The translations under genes and the position numbers were made by a program. Below are positions 47,488 to 52,281 of a stretch of 52,281 nt of DNA, piece after piece; position 1 is the stretch's first letter; the number at the start of each line of letters is the position of its first letter. The notes beneath the pieces are model-generated. The model was not told where the DNA came from. It saw nothing but the letters and a program-made list of their open reading frames with translations, and ran no database searches. This DNA is from Planctomycetota bacterium (GTDB lineage Bacteria > Planctomycetota > SZUA-567 > H5-PLA8). The stretch spans positions 1 to 52,281 of the forward strand of contig JBBRPR010000058.1 in assembly GCA_038227875.1 (NCBI GenBank), written 5' to 3'.

Positions 47488-47641
47488 AACCAGCTTCCAA
47501 AATGAGAAGCCCGCGCGGAATAGAGGTGGCAAAGTGCACCCCAAACCGCTCATTCCCACTCTACATCAAATAAGGAGACAAAAATCCGTTCTCGGCGACT
47601 TTGCGGCTTTGCGTGAGATAAATAATCCTGGCCTGCTCAAC

Positions 47642-48157
47642 TCAAACTTTCAAAACCACCAGCAACGCCCCCGCCGCCACCGCCTGCCCTGGCTTCGCGG
47701 CGATCGAATCCACGGAGCCTTTATGCGGCGCGGTGATCTCGTTCTCCATCTTCATCGCTTCCAGCACGACCAGCGTCTGTCCGGCCTCGACTTCGTCGCC
47801 GGCTTTGACGAGCACGTTCTTCACCAGGCCCGGGATGGGGCTCTTCAGATCGAAGTGCCCGCCGCCGGGGCCCGCGGCGCTCAGTCCCTGCTCCATTTCA
47901 TCGAGCATCGCTTCGCGGACGCCGAGCTCGAACAATTCGCCGTCGACGTTCAAGACCAGTCCCGACTCGCTGCGCGTAATGATGCCGCTGATCACGCGCT
48001 CGCCCCACAGCACCACCAGCGCGCCGTTGGCTTCGCGGCGCAAAATGCGCACCGGCGCGGCGCTCTGCGCGGCCATCCCAAGGACGCCGGCCTCCCACGT
48101 ATAGCGCAGCGGCTCGATGCTGGGCTTGCTCGATCGGATCACGAACTCATGTTGCAT
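47642..48157 (-). CDS. biotin carboxyl carrier protein
   Basis: EAMKMENE biotinylation motif. Confidence 0.92.
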   Translation of the reverse strand: MQHEFVIRSSKPSIEPLRYTWEAGVLGMAAQSAAPVRILRREANGALVVLWGERVISGIITRSESGLVLNVDGELFELGVREAMLDEMEQGLSAAGPGGGHFDLKSPIPGLVKNVLVKAGDEVEAGQTLVVLEAMKMENEITAPHKGSVDSIAAKPGQAVAAGALLVVLKV

Positions 48158-48190
48158 CGCGGACCTTTCTTGAAAATCACTCCCTTACGG

Positions 48191-49702
48191 TCACGATCGG
48201 GCGCTCCGCACCCATGCGCTCAGCTCCCGCGACTCGAAACGCGGACCGAGCGTATCCACCCGCGCGGTCTGCAACTGCGTCTCGGCGGCGATCAGTGCCG
48301 CCAGCTCCGGGGCGAGCACCGCGGGCGGCGCGAGCTTCAACTGCGTCAGCAACCCGGTGTCATACGCGCCCGAACGGAACGGCTCCGACGCGATCACGCG
48401 CCGCAGAAACGCGGCGGTGGATCGGATCGGATGGATCGAAGTCTCAAGCAGTGCCAGGTCCAGCCGCGCGATGGCTTCCGCGCGGTCGGAACCCCACGCA
48501 ACGACTTTCCCCAGCAGCGAATCGTAGTACGGCGAGACGCTCAGCCCGGCTTCGGCCCAACTGTCGACGCGCACGCCCGGACCGGCGGGCCACGAGACGA
48601 GGTCCATTTGACCGCACGAGGGCCGGAAATTGGCCTCGGGATCTTCGGCGATGATGCGCGCTTCGATCGCGTGTCCGCGCCGCGCAACGCTGTCGGAGCT
48701 CACGCCAGGCCCCTTCCCGCGCGCGGCCTGAAGGCGCTTGGAAAAACCGCCGTTGGCGACTGCGATTTGTTCCTCGACCAGATCCAGTCCCGTGCAGAGC
48801 TCCGTGACGGGATGTTCGACCTGCAGGCGCGTGTTCATCTCGATGAAGTAAAACTCGCGACCGCCGAAGGGCACAATGAACTCCATCGTCCCCGCGCCGC
48901 GGTAGTTGACGGCCGCCGCCATTTTCGCGGCCAGCGTGCCCATCTTTTCTGTGACTTCCAGCGGCAATGCGGGCGCCGGGGATTCTTCGATCAGCTTCTG
49001 GTGGCGGCGCTGCACGGAACACTCGCGCTCGCCCAGCCACACGGCCTGTCCGTGCCCGTCGCCGAGGATCTGAATCTCCACATGCCGCGCGCGAGCGACA
49101 TACTTTTCGATGAAGACCCGCGGATCGTCGAACGCGGCCTTGGCTTCGGCCGTGGCGCGGTTGAAGGCGTCGGCCAGATGCGCGACGTCGTCGACCACGC
49201 GCATGCCGCGCCCGCCGCCGCCGCCGGCGGCTTTCAAGAGCACCGGAAAGCCGATCGCCTGCGCGGTGGCCAGCGCCGCGGCGGCATCGGGCATCGCTTC
49301 GCTCTTTCCCGGCACGGTCGGCACGCCGGCGCGCTCGGCAGCCTTGCGGGCCTGGACCTTGTCGCCGAGCGCCACGATCTGGTCGGGCGTGGGGCCGAGA
49401 AATTTCATGCCGGCATCCTGCACAGCGGCGGCGAAGTCTTCGTTCTCCGCCAGAAAGCCGTACCCGGGATGGACGGCTTCCGCCTTCAGTTTTTTGGCAG
49501 CGGCGACGATGCTGGAAATGTCCAAATAGACGCGGGCAGGGTCGCCGGGCAGCTCCAGAGCCCGATGGCACAGCCGCAGGTGAGGCAACCCCGCGTCGGC
49601 GCTGGAGAAGGCGCTGCACACATGCAATCCCAATCGGCGCGCAGTCCGGGCGATCCGTAGCGCGATTTCGCCGCGGTTGGCAATGAAGATGCTTTGAATC
49701 AT
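48191..49702 (-). CDS. accC: biotin carboxylase subunit (acetyl/propionyl/methylcrotonyl-CoA carboxylase)
   Basis: IANRGEIA, HPGYGFLAEN, GGGGRGM, RECSVQRRHQK, EMNTRLQVEHPVTE. Confidence 0.93.
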   Translation of the reverse strand: MIQSIFIANRGEIALRIARTARRLGLHVCSAFSSADAGLPHLRLCHRALELPGDPARVYLDISSIVAAAKKLKAEAVHPGYGFLAENEDFAAAVQDAGMKFLGPTPDQIVALGDKVQARKAAERAGVPTVPGKSEAMPDAAAALATAQAIGFPVLLKAAGGGGGRGMRVVDDVAHLADAFNRATAEAKAAFDDPRVFIEKYVARARHVEIQILGDGHGQAVWLGERECSVQRRHQKLIEESPAPALPLEVTEKMGTLAAKMAAAVNYRGAGTMEFIVPFGGREFYFIEMNTRLQVEHPVTELCTGLDLVEEQIAVANGGFSKRLQAARGKGPGVSSDSVARRGHAIEARIIAEDPEANFRPSCGQMDLVSWPAGPGVRVDSWAEAGLSVSPYYDSLLGKVVAWGSDRAEAIARLDLALLETSIHPIRSTAAFLRRVIASEPFRSGAYDTGLLTQLKLAPPAVLAPELAALIAAETQLQTARVDTLGPRFESRELSAWVRSARS

Positions 49703-49844
49703 GGTTAGATAGTTCTACTCCATAGTTAGGTTTTTACTAAGCTGCGTTCTGCGACGTGTGCATTCTTTTTGAAGCAATTTACGGCGGTACCTGTGCAATC
49801 TAAGGATACCGTGAAAGCGAAAGACCGTTCTTGAGGATTGTCCC

Positions 49845-50921
49845 GTGACGACCGCGAACGTATCCAATCCCCCTTCACCCACGCCGCCGGCTCCGTCCGG
49901 CCGGCCTGGCAGCGCCCCGGTTATCCCGCTGTGGCCGCTCCTCAAAGGTACACCGACCCTCAGTGCGCAGAAGGCTGCGCCAGCAACTGCCGCGGCCCCG
50001 GCAACGCCCGGGACCCCAGCGAGGTCCGCTGATCGCCCCAAGTCCAGCCCCCAGACGCAGATCCTCCGCAACTCATCGCAGTACGGCGTGCTGGTGGTCT
50101 CGCGACGCAAGGAAGTGGTCGCCAATGTCGAAGACCTGCTCCTTCGCGGCGGCGAGACGGTCTTTCTGGCCAAGGATCTCCGTGATGCGTGGGATAATAT
50201 TAACCTCGGTCGCATCGGTCTGGTAGTGATGGATTGTTGTCAGCCCGGCGCCGAAGAGCTGGTCCTCCTCAGCACCGTCCGCAGCGCCCCGCACACCGCC
50301 GACGTCTCATTCCTATTTTTGAAAACCAAGGGCACGGCCGTACCGCTTTTGCCGATCGAAGGCGACGACCGTTACCACGACGCGTGGCTCGATTTTCCCT
50401 GCACGCTCGAGGAGCTGGCGGTGCTCGTCACCCGCCTGCTGCAGCAGCGCGCGTACTCCCGCCGCCTGAAGGCGCAGTCTCATCCCGCATCGGCCAGCTC
50501 GCAGCGCATGGCGGCCACCGATGCGGCGGCACACACGGGCGGCGTGTCGGGTGCGATGCCGGGAATCCTGCACGGCAAACTGGGCGAACTGGACGTGCCG
50601 ATGCTGCTGGGAATGCTGGCGGGGATGAATATCACCGGTGTCCTCACCGTCCGCAGCGACAACAAACGGAAGGGTGAAATCCACCTCGTCAACGGCGCTG
50701 TCTGGCATGCAACCTTTGCCGGGGTGAAGGGCACCGATGCGCTGACGATCCTGCTGAGAATCACGAAGGGAAAATTCAATTTCGACGTCTCGGAACCACC
50801 CGAGCAACGTACGATTACCGGCAACACGATGGGTTTATTGCTGGAAAGCATGCGGGAACACGACGAGACCAAAGCGCTGGTCAAGCGTGCGTCAGGATCC
50901 GGTGCGTCACCTGGCGCATAA
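49845..50921 (+). CDS. receiver-like domain + DUF4388 (PATAN-like) protein
   Basis: LVVMDCCQPG receiver-like segment; LHGKLGELDVPMLL..TGVLTV..GEIHLVNG..GKFNF. Confidence 0.8.
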   Translation: MTTANVSNPPSPTPPAPSGRPGSAPVIPLWPLLKGTPTLSAQKAAPATAAAPATPGTPARSADRPKSSPQTQILRNSSQYGVLVVSRRKEVVANVEDLLLRGGETVFLAKDLRDAWDNINLGRIGLVVMDCCQPGAEELVLLSTVRSAPHTADVSFLFLKTKGTAVPLLPIEGDDRYHDAWLDFPCTLEELAVLVTRLLQQRAYSRRLKAQSHPASASSQRMAATDAAAHTGGVSGAMPGILHGKLGELDVPMLLGMLAGMNITGVLTVRSDNKRKGEIHLVNGAVWHATFAGVKGTDALTILLRITKGKFNFDVSEPPEQRTITGNTMGLLLESMREHDETKALVKRASGSGASPGA

Positions 50922-51172
50922 TGACGAAATCGACTGCACCAGAGCATTAAATTCCGAACTGGTGCACGTCGAAAAGATTGACTCTAAGATAGTGTCGGGT
51001 TATTCTGTTACAAGAAGTTCCTCTCTTTGGCATTCGAAAAGTTAGCCTACAATTCAGTTGAACCTGCACGCTACGGTTTTGCGCCCCCTCTACGGCAAAA
51101 AAGAGGGTGTGCAAGTTACGGGGCGGTTACCCGTTTCCAACTGGCCTAAAGCTCCAGCACGAAGTACGCAAT

Positions 51173-51188
51173 TGGTGCAGTGTTTGCG
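51173..51188 (+). promoter_or_regulatory. putative sigma54 (-24/-12) promoter of prkA
   Basis: TGGTGCAGTGTTTGC = GG-N10-GC, about 50 bp upstream of the ATG. Confidence 0.55.
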
Positions 51189-51237
51189 GTTTGTTCTCAC
51201 GGAACTACATCTGAACCGGAACGTCAGGGGGTTTGCC

Positions 51238-52281
<1,044 letters not shown>

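Noticed and set aside
47590..47617. CTTTGCGGCTTTGCGTGAG short 9-mer-type repeat, and the CATTTTGTCG repeat near 46845
   Set aside because: Only about two units each; too short to support a functional claim
47279..49660. 793-aa plus-strand ORF
   Set aside because: Antisense shadow of the accC/BCCP genes in high-GC DNA

Overview
GC-rich bacterial window, probably Planctomycetota (inferred from R[FY]SLRTL-motif membrane proteins and heptamer repeat arrays). (1) 1-5355: the end of an integrative element at tRNA-Gln(CTG). It carries a tyrosine integrase, a HigB-HigA-SecB-like toxin-antitoxin-chaperone (TAC) operon with its own promoter/operator, and a possible c4-like antisense RNA leader. (2) 5594-10556: host genes, including a degenerate UppS-like gene and a probable SelN/thioredoxin-like selenoprotein split by an in-frame TGA. 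(3) About 10780-32056: a 21 kb, single-strand phage-like morphogenesis cluster with a sigma-2-only factor, terminase, portal, scaffold, capsid, holin/spanin-like, neck, tail, fibre and hub genes. It has no recognisable integrase, repressor, replication, small terminase, endolysin or tape-measure gene. A perfectly phased 12 x 10 bp array precedes it, and 7-bp tandem arrays occupy many of its intergenic gaps. It is the best candidate for an undescribed system, a gene-transfer-agent-like element, and its terminase nuclease domain appears internally permuted. (4) 32062-52281: host metabolic and membrane genes (PhyH, CE2-like esterase, AraC/cupin/AKR, biotin carboxylase + BCCP, DUF4388 regulator, PrkA). 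An uncharacterised 441-aa gene is followed by two duplicated, atypical tRNA-like genes. All family assignments come from motif recognition by eye, not database searches.
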